The notes: generated from the sequence alone by a model not told the origin. Numbered from the stretch's first letter, positions 20,510 to 29,638 are shown. The stretch: 60,183 bases of DNA from Deferribacterales bacterium (GCA_050251875.1 JBFWMA010000010.1:28035-88217), one strand, 5' to 3'. Translations and numbers: made by a program.

Positions 20510-21733
20510 CTATTCTGAAAATCCGCCCCTTACACAGCGGTAAGAACGGTTAGCCCCTAAATCTCTGGTATCAGTCTGCATGGAACCGTCAAGCATATCA
20601 ATATCCCATGCGCTTGTTGTCGAGAACGGCGTAACAGTCGATGACCAGTGCAGGTCGTCAGACGCTCTGTAATTTGTGAAAGCGGCATTATCATAGACAG
20701 GGTTATAGTGATTACCCATATCAGTAATAGTCAGAAGCTCACGAGCATTCGGCACACGCCAGTCTGTATGTCCGCCGAGAGTCAGAATTGCGCAGGCAGC
20801 GACAGCATCGGTCTGTGTTACTATTCCCGGATCAGCATCGTCCTGCCACTGAAGCCCTGTATTGCCATCGATTACTATATCGAATGAAGGGTCTCTGGTG
20901 AATGAGCGTGCGGGAAAAGCATCTCCCCTGACGCAAATTGCATATAAATTTCCGGTTGCAGGATCTTCAGTAGAAAGTGTGGGTCCGGCCAGTTCAATTG
21001 ATACCACATCAGTTCCTGAGTTCTGTTCCACAGTGGACGTCCAGTAGTCATGAGCAACTGAAATATTGGTAAACACACTAAAGACAGCATTGTTGAACTT
21101 GCTGTAATCTAAGATTGAGAGTATTTCGTCGATGCCTGCCACACGCCAGTCTGTGTATCCGCCCAGAGTGAGAGCAGTACAGTCGGCAACGGCTGTCGCA
21201 TATGATTTAAGAGCAGGCGCAGCATTGTCCTGCCACATAAGCCTGTTCACATTGTCTGTCACTATGCCGTCAGAGCTTCTGGTGAAAGACGGCTCTGCGC
21301 CCATCTGATATTCACCGTCCTGACCTGTTCCTGCGCAGGCTGTTTCCACGCCAGCGTTATCATAACATTTTTGCTGTCCGGTCTTTGTAATCACCCAGGG
21401 ATATACGCTGACACTGAATGTATGGGAATCTGTAGAGGTTCCGTCTGACACAGAAATTGTTATCCCTGTGTAGTCTCCGGCAACCGCCGTTCCGGATAAA
21501 ACACCCGTGGATGCGTCTATAGCCATCCATGCGGGATTGCCTGATATGGAGTATGTCAGTGTTCCTCTTCCGGAGCTGTTAACCGCCGGACTGTAACTGA
21601 AATCGCCGGATCTCATATAAGCGCTGGTGGGATAGCTCACGTCAACTTCGGCGACCGCCCCGCCTCCGCCTCCACCGCCGCAGCCATAAACAGCCGCCAC
21701 GGCTAACAATAATATTGCCCTTAAAATCCTCAT
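20510..21733 (-). CDS. Lipoprotein with Ig-like (He_PIG-like) domain and two DUF1566-type domains
   Basis: Lipobox VYGC; LTYSISGNPAWMAIDASTGVLSGT; two GGY/HTDWRV motifs; ends YRCVRGG. Confidence 0.8.
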   Translation of the reverse strand: MRILRAILLLAVAAVYGCGGGGGGGAVAEVDVSYPTSAYMRSGDFSYSPAVNSSGRGTLTYSISGNPAWMAIDASTGVLSGTAVAGDYTGITISVSDGTSTDSHTFSVSVYPWVITKTGQQKCYDNAGVETACAGTGQDGEYQMGAEPSFTRSSDGIVTDNVNRLMWQDNAAPALKSYATAVADCTALTLGGYTDWRVAGIDEILSILDYSKFNNAVFSVFTNISVAHDYWTSTVEQNSGTDVVSIELAGPTLSTEDPATGNLYAICVRGDAFPARSFTRDPSFDIVIDGNTGLQWQDDADPGIVTQTDAVAACAILTLGGHTDWRVPNARELLTITDMGNHYNPVYDNAAFTNYRASDDLHWSSTVTPFSTTSAWDIDMLDGSMQTDTRDLGANRSYRCVRGGFSE

Positions 21734-21987
21734 AATTTCCTCCGTACAATAATTAATCATAAATAGTCACCATACCGAATATTCACACAGCAAAAATAGT
21801 AAGTCAAACAACTTATTTGGTATTTATACCTGTTCATCAATATTTTATGGTAATTTTCCCACTAATAGATCATGTCATATTTGTTTAAATATAATAAGCA
21901 TAGGATAAGAATTACTAAATAATCCTTGCGTATCAACATAACTAAGAAGAGAAGAAGAAAGAAAAGGAACGTGTCTGTCTGTATAAT

Positions 21988-22674
21988 TCAGAGGCAAATA
22001 TCCAGAATACGCTGATAGACTATATCAGATCTTCCGGCTGGTTCGCCGACTAGATTTCCAGCAATATAGTCACTTTTGAATCCCCTGATTGATAAGATTT
22101 TATTGAACTCAGACCTGAGATATTCTTTTACTTTGCTATCTGAGAACTGAATCTCTTCACTAATCCTGCTGTTGCCGTTGACTACTGTTATTATATCCTC
22201 AAAATCATGTGAATAAGGTTCGCTCTGTCCTCTGGTACGAAAAGCTGTTAGTTTTGTAGCGATAAAATATGCCGGGGATACGAGGCGAATAACAAGACCT
22301 GCCTCCAGTTCAACGGTATTTGAATTTTGAATTGCTGGAAGATACCACGGATTAGAAAATCCAAGGACATCAACATCAGTCGGCATAACATCCAGAATCA
22401 TGCTTTCGTATTGCATTCTGCAAATAGGCGTTGGCTCGTCTTCCGTGGGCATGACTTCGGCAAATCCAAGAGATTTTAACTCATCAATCACGGCATAGTA
22501 TTCGTGTCTTGTGGCTATCTCGGCAATGACATCGACATCGCCGGTTATCCTTGTGGATGTGACAGCAGAATCGTCTATCAGATAATCCACAGCACAGCCG
22601 CCGACAAACACAAACCTGTCCAGCATCGGCTTTAATGCCTTTGCCATGCTTATCATAAGCTGTTTATTATTCAT
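21988..22674 (-). CDS. Nucleotidyltransferase, AbiEii/AbiGii-like toxin candidate
   Basis: FVFVGGCAV..RITGDVDV NTase motif; ATKLTAF..HDFEDI. Confidence 0.7.
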   Translation of the reverse strand: MNNKQLMISMAKALKPMLDRFVFVGGCAVDYLIDDSAVTSTRITGDVDVIAEIATRHEYYAVIDELKSLGFAEVMPTEDEPTPICRMQYESMILDVMPTDVDVLGFSNPWYLPAIQNSNTVELEAGLVIRLVSPAYFIATKLTAFRTRGQSEPYSHDFEDIITVVNGNSRISEEIQFSDSKVKEYLRSEFNKILSIRGFKSDYIAGNLVGEPAGRSDIVYQRILDICL

Positions 22675-23173
22675 CGTTAAGAAGCTCTCTCAGGCGTTTT
22701 TTTGCCGCTTCAATCTCCCTGCGCTGTCCGACACGCAGGAGATCCAGCAGAGCAAGCATCTCATAAACCTTCTGCTCCAACTTGTTTTTGGCTATCATTT
22801 CAGGAATAGCCTTATGAAGCGGCGGCACTGAAAAGCCTTTTACATTGCCTTCAGGATGCGCCCAAACAACGGGGTATTCATTATCAACAAAATCAGTTTT
22901 TAACGAGGTCGCATCAACACCCGAAACAAACCCTCTGGTAACCTTGCCCTTTTCTATCGGAAAAACATAAGGAAAACCGTGAATGAGAAATTCTCCAATA
23001 TTCCGATAAACAGGCTCATCGTCAGCAACCAGTTTTGCAGTCTTTAGAAATTTCATACTTCTGCTCAGAACTGCAAGGCTAAGTCCGCTGCGGATTTCCC
23101 AGTCCCTCATTGTCTCTTTTCTGCTATCTTTTGCCAGAAAACTCAATAAGACATAAACATCAGTTACGTTCAT
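22667..23173 (-). CDS. HTH protein, AbiEi-like antitoxin candidate
   Basis: N-terminal HTH-like segment, EFLIHGFPYVFP motif, translationally coupled to the NTase gene. Confidence 0.6.
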   Translation of the reverse strand: MNVTDVYVLLSFLAKDSRKETMRDWEIRSGLSLAVLSRSMKFLKTAKLVADDEPVYRNIGEFLIHGFPYVFPIEKGKVTRGFVSGVDATSLKTDFVDNEYPVVWAHPEGNVKGFSVPPLHKAIPEMIAKNKLEQKVYEMLALLDLLRVGQRREIEAAKKRLRELLNDE

Positions 23174-23270
23174 ACATCACCGACAATATATTTTACTCAT
23201 TAAAGCACATATATTATTGACTGTAAAGCCTGTTCCATGTTTCGGAACACGGAACATAATCTCAGAGGAG

Positions 23271-23888
23271 TTAGATTATAAACTTTCTTTTTCCTTCTCG
23301 CACAAATTCTTCATATTGCTTCGCTAAACTATCAGCAATACTATTTAACTCATCAGCTTTCTTTTTCAAATTATTTACAGTTTCATCAGGAAAAATACCG
23401 TCATAAATTGTATCTGTGTACACGGATGCAAAATCACCATCCCCGACAGGAGAAGTGTATGTTGAATATTTCGCCATAAACGTATCTACTGCTGAGTACA
23501 TCTTTTTCCTGCCAGCATCTATCTTCTTATCAAAAAACTCCTTATCAACACTGTCCCAGTATGCTCTAAATTGCCTTAAACCATCAAGCTCACTACGCAA
23601 AACACTCCCATGAAAATCTGTATGCTTGAAAAATGAAATTGTTCTCTCTGGTGGCAAGACTTCTATTAATTCTTTAAATAGTTCTGCATCCTTTTCAGAT
23701 TTTTTACTGTCTCTTATGTCTTTTTTAAATTGTTCTAATGATGTATACACCGCCCCAATTGCTAATAGAAATGCAATCAACGAGTCCCAGGGGAATGACG
23801 ATTCTTTAACATATGAATTAACAAGCCATGCTTCAGAGAATACCAGCCCAACTAGTGATGCTGTAAAATATATATAACCTTTAAACAT
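23271..23888 (-). CDS. Hypothetical protein with two N-terminal TM helices
   Basis: AT-rich ORF with two hydrophobic segments, then a soluble helical domain. Confidence 0.6.
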   Translation of the reverse strand: MFKGYIYFTASLVGLVFSEAWLVNSYVKESSFPWDSLIAFLLAIGAVYTSLEQFKKDIRDSKKSEKDAELFKELIEVLPPERTISFFKHTDFHGSVLRSELDGLRQFRAYWDSVDKEFFDKKIDAGRKKMYSAVDTFMAKYSTYTSPVGDGDFASVYTDTIYDGIFPDETVNNLKKKADELNSIADSLAKQYEEFVREGKRKFII

Positions 23889-24011
23889 CGTAAACTCTCA
23901 TTAATATAATTTATGACCATATTCAATATATCATAAGTTATTAAACCATACATGATTTATAAAATGCAAATTGGTTATATTTACAACTAAAACTCAAAAG
24001 TGTGCCAAATT

Positions 24012-24042
24012 GAAAAAGCCAACCGATAAACGATTGGCTTTT
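24012..24042 (-). terminator. Terminator-like hairpin downstream of the tRNA fragment
   Basis: aaaagccaaccg-ataaa-cgattggctttt. Confidence 0.6.
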
Positions 24043-24056
24043 AAGAGAAATATAAA

Positions 24057-24079
24057 TCGGGATGAGAAGATTTGAACTT
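24057..24079 (-). mobile_element. tRNA(Pro)-like 3' fragment: att core of an integrative element
   Basis: Minus strand reads aagttcaaatcttctcatcccga (T-loop GTTCAAAT plus acceptor 3' strand); no 5' half upstream; tgtgccaaat repeats at 24001, 24162 and 24173. Confidence 0.65.
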
Positions 24080-24222
24080 AAATCCGAGGGGTCAAAACGC
24101 CTAAAAACCCTTATTTATCAACACCACGTCTCCGCCCAAAACCGACAGAAAGGGGCAAAAGTGTGCCAAATCTGTGCCAAATTTTTACGACTAGCATTTA
24201 TCATAACCATAAAAATCCATCG

Positions 24223-26199
24223 CTAATCCAAAATAACGCCTTGCAAATATTCAGCATATTTTTTTTGTAGGTATTCAACCCCATTGGTGGCATCAAAATC
24301 CATATCAAGACTATCTTTTATATACTTCATTCTGTGTTTACATCCGTTTATGATTTCAGACCAAGTTTTGACCCAGACAGTCATACGTCCACCATCAATT
24401 AATTCTGTATCATGAACAATTCCAAACTCTCTGCCAAGTTGCCTTCTCCTTTTTTCAGCAGTAGAATCAACTTCTGTAGAGACAAGCAAAAGATTCCACT
24501 TAACATTAAGCCCTTTAAATCTAGCATCTTCTGAAATAGCATCAGCATAGCTAATTATCTGATCAACTTCCTCTTTACCTATTTTAACCTTAGGAGCTTT
24601 TAACTCAATAATGAGGTGCTCTCTTTCACTTTCATGATTTTTTGGAATATCTCTTGAAAGCATTAGATCTATTATCCCTACTTTACCATCCAGTCTTTTA
24701 ACAGCTTCACCATCAATATCTATTTCACAACCAAGCAGTTTACGGTGAACTCTTAATACTTCAGTCAATGACTTATCACTCACAGCAACCTGGAATTCAT
24801 TCCCAAAAAACCAAGCATTGTCCGCCAATATTTTGTGGAGTTGAGATCGTTCCTTTAACAGTTTTCTCGTTTCATAGTTAAATATGAGCTCTTCAATACC
24901 TGAGACAAATTTAATTCTATCTGAAACCATTTTTGACATAGTTATTATTGAGGTCAAATCATTATCTTCTAGGAGTTCCTCTAACTCTTTTTTCTTTTCT
25001 TTAGGCAGCTTGATTACTTCTTCAATTATCTTCCGAAGGTCTTTAGGTGATTTTTCAATAGTTTGCTTTAGCATTCTAAATTGAAAAGACTTTATTTCAT
25101 TTGGGCTATCAGCAAAACTTTTCATGAGGGAATTGATATTGAGAGCGAGAATATCAAACATCTGTCTTTCTGCTATATCTACTTTTTCTTCTGTATCTTC
25201 CGAGTATGGATAAATAGCATCTTGCTTCCATTTATCAATAATTGACTTAGAGCCTGCTATTGTCCTTTTAATAAAATGGTCTTTCAAAAAAGCTCTCAAT
25301 TTTTCAAATACTTCTTCAAGTAGACCACTCTGGTGCACTAAATCCAAATCACCGCTTGAATTCATATCCGAAACACACTTTGACTTTATAAATGCAGTAA
25401 AGCTAAATTCTCCAACTCCTTTAGCACCTTTGAAGGTAAATTTTGAAAGAGGTATTCCATGCTCGTTACATAAATAATATTCTCTTGTTTGAATTTTATC
25501 CCATTCAATGATCTCAATATTAAAACCATAAGACTTCCCATCTATATTAAATTCACCTAAAAGCTCATCAGTTTGGTTAAGAATTATGTCTGATATTTTA
25601 AGCGGAATATTATCCACCACTATTTCAATATCCGGGTAATTATTTAAATACGGAGCAAAAATCTGGATCAAAGAATCACGTAATTCATCTAAGTTTTCCC
25701 AATAAGCAGGTTTGCTTAACTCACTTATTGCTACTTCAACACCAAAACTTTCTTCTGTACATTCAGAAAGATCAGACAACGTGAAGTTAGTCATAATATC
25801 AGCGTTAGTGCTAATATTAAAAAACTCAGACTTATCTTTGCCTTTAAATCGCACTTCCCAGTTTGCATACGCTCCTATAGCTAAAGCCTTAAAACGCCCT
25901 CTCCCTTCTTTGCCATGCAGGAACCTTGAATATATCGGTGTTGTTGAACTATTCTTTTTCCATGAGCCACCTAATGATTTAAATAAAATTGGTGCATTAT
26001 CGTATGAAAAACCTTTGCCATTATCTTTAATAATGACTTCTTCAACTCTGGTTTCTCCTTTCACAATTGATATTTCAACTTTAGTGGCATCAGCATCAAG
26101 TGCATTCCAAATTAACTCAGCGATAGCAAAAGCTGGAGAAGCCTTAGATATTTTACTTATAGCATCTGCTTTTATTTCAACTTTTATATTTTGCATCAT
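24223..26199 (-). CDS. GHKL (HATPase_c) ATPase fused to a C-terminal PD-(D/E)xK nuclease
   Basis: AELIWNALDADA, IKDNGKG, HGKEGRGRF; C-terminal NAWFFG..IIDLML..IIELKAP..QIISY. Confidence 0.8.
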   Translation of the reverse strand: MMQNIKVEIKADAISKISKASPAFAIAELIWNALDADATKVEISIVKGETRVEEVIIKDNGKGFSYDNAPILFKSLGGSWKKNSSTTPIYSRFLHGKEGRGRFKALAIGAYANWEVRFKGKDKSEFFNISTNADIMTNFTLSDLSECTEESFGVEVAISELSKPAYWENLDELRDSLIQIFAPYLNNYPDIEIVVDNIPLKISDIILNQTDELLGEFNIDGKSYGFNIEIIEWDKIQTREYYLCNEHGIPLSKFTFKGAKGVGEFSFTAFIKSKCVSDMNSSGDLDLVHQSGLLEEVFEKLRAFLKDHFIKRTIAGSKSIIDKWKQDAIYPYSEDTEEKVDIAERQMFDILALNINSLMKSFADSPNEIKSFQFRMLKQTIEKSPKDLRKIIEEVIKLPKEKKKELEELLEDNDLTSIITMSKMVSDRIKFVSGIEELIFNYETRKLLKERSQLHKILADNAWFFGNEFQVAVSDKSLTEVLRVHRKLLGCEIDIDGEAVKRLDGKVGIIDLMLSRDIPKNHESEREHLIIELKAPKVKIGKEEVDQIISYADAISEDARFKGLNVKWNLLLVSTEVDSTAEKRRRQLGREFGIVHDTELIDGGRMTVWVKTWSEIINGCKHRMKYIKDSLDMDFDATNGVEYLQKKYAEYLQGVILD

Positions 26200-26204
26200 A
26201 GCCC

Positions 26205-27284
26205 CTAAATACTTAAATATTTTAGAAACTTCCTATTCACAAACAGGACTTCTCTACCAGCCTTCACGGATTCGAGGATGCCTGCGTCCTCAAGGTTTTT
26301 TAAGTATACCATTGCTGTCTGGCGTTTGGCGATGCCTGCATCAACAATATTTTTTACCCTGCAATATGGTTGGGTAAATATTAGGTCGTTCATCTCTTTT
26401 ACGGGGACATTAGGCGCAAGCCGCTTTATATCCTCATAAGTCTGTTTCATCAGAGCAGAAATACTCTCTATCCTCTGAACAGTTTCAATAGATGCCTCAC
26501 GGATACCTTGTAGGATATACAAAATCCAATCCTGCCAGTTTTCATCAGCAGTAACGCCCCTGATAAGCCTATAATAGTCAGCCTTGTTCCTGATAATATA
26601 TCCGCTGAGATACAGCACAGGATAAGCAAGAAGCCCCTCTTGAATCAGATAGAGCATATTCAAAATCCTGCCTGTTCTGCCGTTGCCGTCCAGAAACGGA
26701 TGAATCGCCTCAAACTGATAATGCAGAACTGCCAGTTTAACCAGCGGGTCAAAGTCCGTGTTTTCATTCAGGAATCTTTCCCAGTTGGAAAGTAAATCTC
26801 TGATGACCTTTTCACCTTCTGGCGGAGTGTATAAAACCTCGCCAGTCGCCACATTTTTAATCTGTGTTCCCGAAACTTTACGGATATTCATTTCTGTATT
26901 CTTGATGATAGAGCATATCTCGCAAATCATGTTGGTTGTGATTGGCTTTGCCGACAACATCTCGCAACCTGCTTTCAAAGCCTGCCGATACCGCAGTGTC
27001 TCTTTTGTTGCTGAATCCACATCAGCGTTATCAGTAAATGACGCTCTGAAAAGTTCGTCCGAAGTCGTAACGATATTCTCAATCTCAGAACTTGCTTTGG
27101 CTTCCTGCAATGGTATGGTGTTTATCAGAACTGTCGGGTCTGGCAGCATCTTCGTTGCAAAATTAAGCTCCGCCAGAGCCTTGTTAGCCTCGATAGCCAG
27201 CTTCAGCACAGCTTTTGTCTCTATCTCCGCTTTCGGCGGCAACAAAGGAATATCATTGTACGGTTTTTCAGGATGATTCGACAT
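26205..27284 (-). CDS. fic: Fic-family AMPylase (class II, SoFic-like) with C-terminal wHTH
   Basis: HPFLDGNGRTGR catalytic motif; N-terminal autoinhibitory SSEIEN. Confidence 0.9.
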   Translation of the reverse strand: MSNHPEKPYNDIPLLPPKAEIETKAVLKLAIEANKALAELNFATKMLPDPTVLINTIPLQEAKASSEIENIVTTSDELFRASFTDNADVDSATKETLRYRQALKAGCEMLSAKPITTNMICEICSIIKNTEMNIRKVSGTQIKNVATGEVLYTPPEGEKVIRDLLSNWERFLNENTDFDPLVKLAVLHYQFEAIHPFLDGNGRTGRILNMLYLIQEGLLAYPVLYLSGYIIRNKADYYRLIRGVTADENWQDWILYILQGIREASIETVQRIESISALMKQTYEDIKRLAPNVPVKEMNDLIFTQPYCRVKNIVDAGIAKRQTAMVYLKNLEDAGILESVKAGREVLFVNRKFLKYLSI

Positions 27285-27315
27285 ATCACACCAATATGCT
27301 TATTTTCAACTCACT

Positions 27316-27344
27316 TTTCGACATATCTAAAAGATATGTCGAAA
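27316..27344. promoter_or_regulatory. Perfect 13-bp inverted repeat upstream of fic (operator candidate)
   Basis: tttcgacatatct-aaa-agatatgtcgaaa; half-site ttcgacatatc repeated over the start codon (27277-27287). Confidence 0.6.
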
Positions 27345-27624
27345 GCTTAACCATGTCAAGACAACATGTCGATTTTAGATACGCATTTAATCATTTAGTA
27401 ATATAGCAATCTTAGGACAATTTATCAAAAACTTCACCTCAACTTAAACAAAACATTCCTACCATGCGACAGGTTCTGTCGTTTAATTACTATATTATCA
27501 ACAAAGATTCACATACATAGGAATAATATGTATCAGGGACACATGGTAACGAAACTTTTTGTAATCGCATTATATTTTTACTTAAAGACCTTTCTGATGA
27601 TTATTCTAAACGAGTTGACAATTT

Positions 27625-28230
27625 ATGTTTTTAAAAGGAAAATATGATATGAAAGAGCTAAATGGTTATTTAGACGAGCTTGTTGTCATAAGTCGTGATT
27701 TTATAAAAAGAAATAAATTTGACATTATCAAGCTGTCTACTTTTCAGGAAGTCAATTTTTTTATCTTAGACAGGGCAATTAATAAACATCGTAACTTATT
27801 TATCCAGTTGCCTCAGAATGTTGACGTTGATGCATTCATAATTCCAACAATACTGTCTATTACTTCTTCTTATTTTCTTATTAACTATATTGAAAATGAA
27901 AATGACATAATGAACTATAGGGTAGGTTCGGTATTACAGAATATTAAAACAAAACGTAGATATAAAATCGTAAAAAGAGATGAGAATAATCTATATTTCA
28001 GACATAAAAATTCAGACATGTCTGTCCCTCATATGATAGCTCTAAGGGATTATAAAGTTTTAGATGATAATGCTAAAATTACAAAAAGAAAATCAAAAAT
28101 AGATTTTACTAATTATCAGAATTTATATGATACATTTTTTAGTATTGTTGACACACCTGCACAATTCAACCATAAGGTCGCTGTTTTATTTAACAAAAAA
28201 CATTTTAATGAAAAACTAAGTAAAATGTAG
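27625..28230 (+). pseudogene. AT-rich island gene probably truncated by the Mu-like prophage insertion
   Basis: Last codons ATG TAG overlap the TGTAG that begins the phage end, where composition changes. Confidence 0.55.
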
Positions 28231-28310
28231 CGGCGTGCGAAAAAGCGCACGGTTTTCTTGCGATAATACACTTCCCAAATCTTTTAAACAATATTTAATA
28301 TCTTTAAACA

Positions 28311-28330
28311 AGGGAGGTGTGACCCTCCCT
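28311..28330 (-). terminator. Hairpin downstream of the methylase
   Basis: agggagg-tgtgac-cctccct. Confidence 0.5.
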
Positions 28331-28334
28331 ATCT

Positions 28335-29099
28335 TTAGAAGTTTTTAATCAGAACTTCCTTCACTTTCGTCTTATTACCCTTACCAAGTGAATAAACCGT
28401 CTCAACAGGCACGATATTGAATTTTCGGTATATATCTCTTACCAGTTTAGTGTCATTAAGAGACAGAATAAATCTACCTGTGAGTGTAGATAAGACAGCC
28501 GCCATTATTCCAAAGTCATCTTTAGAGAATACTCCTTTACCATAGTCATCTTCACAGCCGTCATATGGCGGGTCAAGGTAGAATACTGTGTAAGGCCGGT
28601 CATACCGCTTAAGGATCTCTAGATAATGAATGTTCTCAATATAGACCCTTGCGAGTCGTAAATGAGCTTCAGACAAATCCTCTTCGATGCGTAATAGATT
28701 AAAGCGAGGAGGTGATGATGGCGCATATCCAAAGCTCTGGCCAGCCTGCTTACCTCCGAATGATGTTTTAGCCAGATAGTAATATCTGACCGCCCGTTGA
28801 ATATCAGTCAGTACATCACCGGGAGTTTCAAGAAAGCGATTGTATTCATCACGGCTAACTAATAACCATTTCAACTGTTTATAAAACTCTTCAAAATGAT
28901 TTTTAACCACTCTATACAGAGTGATTAGGTCTTTATTAATATCGTTGATTACTTCAGTGTGAACAGGATCTTTTCTGAATAGAAAATTTGCTGCACCAGC
29001 AAACACTTCAACATAACATTGATGATCAGTAGGAAAATGTTTGATAATCTCATCAGCTAAACGAGATTTACCACCAATATAAGGGATTATGCTCCGCAT
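28335..29099 (-). CDS. dam: D12-class N6-adenine DNA methyltransferase at the Mu mom position
   Basis: IPYIGGKSRLA, YVEVFAGAA, EVINDIN, FYLDPPY. Confidence 0.9.
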   Translation of the reverse strand: MRSIIPYIGGKSRLADEIIKHFPTDHQCYVEVFAGAANFLFRKDPVHTEVINDINKDLITLYRVVKNHFEEFYKQLKWLLVSRDEYNRFLETPGDVLTDIQRAVRYYYLAKTSFGGKQAGQSFGYAPSSPPRFNLLRIEEDLSEAHLRLARVYIENIHYLEILKRYDRPYTVFYLDPPYDGCEDDYGKGVFSKDDFGIMAAVLSTLTGRFILSLNDTKLVRDIYRKFNIVPVETVYSLGKGNKTKVKEVLIKNF

Positions 29100-29110
29100 G
29101 AATACACTCC

Positions 29111-29139
29111 TTGACGATACATGTATACACTGCTAGAAT
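29111..29139 (+). promoter_or_regulatory. Sigma70-type promoter with extended -10, antisense to the late operon
   Basis: TTGACG (29111-16), 17 bp, TAGAAT (29134-39), preceded by TGn. Confidence 0.7.
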
Positions 29140-29144
29140 CCGCT

Positions 29145-29240
29145 CACCCGGTCGACATGGGTACAGGCGGCAGCAGTTATCTGTGTGAGTGTTAGCGCAC
29201 TCTCGTCATCGGAGTGTATATCCGATACTGCCGTCTGGTT
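29145..29240 (+). ncRNA. Candidate structured small RNA over the dam leader
   Basis: Stems accc/gggt, caggcggcag/ctgccgtctg (G-U on + strand), gagtg/cactc, atcgga/tccgat downstream of the promoter. Confidence 0.55.
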
Positions 29241-29241
29241 G

Positions 29242-29628
29242 CTATATTTCAGGCTTCTCAGGCCATGTTACGGATGCGGGAAACGCTTCTTGTGCTGTGA
29301 TGTCTCTCAGAGCTTGACGATACTCTTTAACAGCTGTTAATATCGTATCAGACAGCGGATAGTCGGGCATCACGAGATAATCAGTCTCTGCTATCAGCGT
29401 GTCACGCTTTGAGCGTATCGCCGCCGCTAACTCTTCATCAGTCTGCTGACGAACGTATTCAACGACTTTTTCGCCGTCCCAGCGGCGCTCGCCCTGAGCG
29501 TTCATCAAATCAGTCCAAACTGCGGCGGAAACTTCGAATGTCCCGTCCGGCTGAGTTTTATAGACTCCGGCTGGATACGATGCAGATAAAAAACCATTTT
29601 CATCGAATTTAACGTAATACTTATGCAT
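29242..29628 (-). CDS. Tail fibre assembly chaperone
   Basis: IRSKRDTLIAETDY..PDYPL..YRQALRDIT..VTWPEKP; follows the fibre gene. Confidence 0.85.
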   Translation of the reverse strand: MHKYYVKFDENGFLSASYPAGVYKTQPDGTFEVSAAVWTDLMNAQGERRWDGEKVVEYVRQQTDEELAAAIRSKRDTLIAETDYLVMPDYPLSDTILTAVKEYRQALRDITAQEAFPASVTWPEKPEI

Positions 29629-29638
29629 AATTCACTCC

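Noticed and set aside
18650..21733. Diversity-generating retroelement acting on the DUF1566 genes or the tail fibre
   Set aside because: No reverse transcriptase in the window, and I found no second copy of any 3' end differing only at adenines.
24057..24130. Complete tRNA gene
   Set aside because: Only the T-loop and acceptor 3' strand are present; upstream sequence does not form D or anticodon arms.
27533..27634. Short open frame upstream of the truncated island gene
   Set aside because: No start codon after the preceding in-frame stops; at most a gene remnant that cannot be assigned.
29100..29241. Com-like zinc-finger translational activator before dam
   Set aside because: No CxxC..CxxC ORF fits in the gap.
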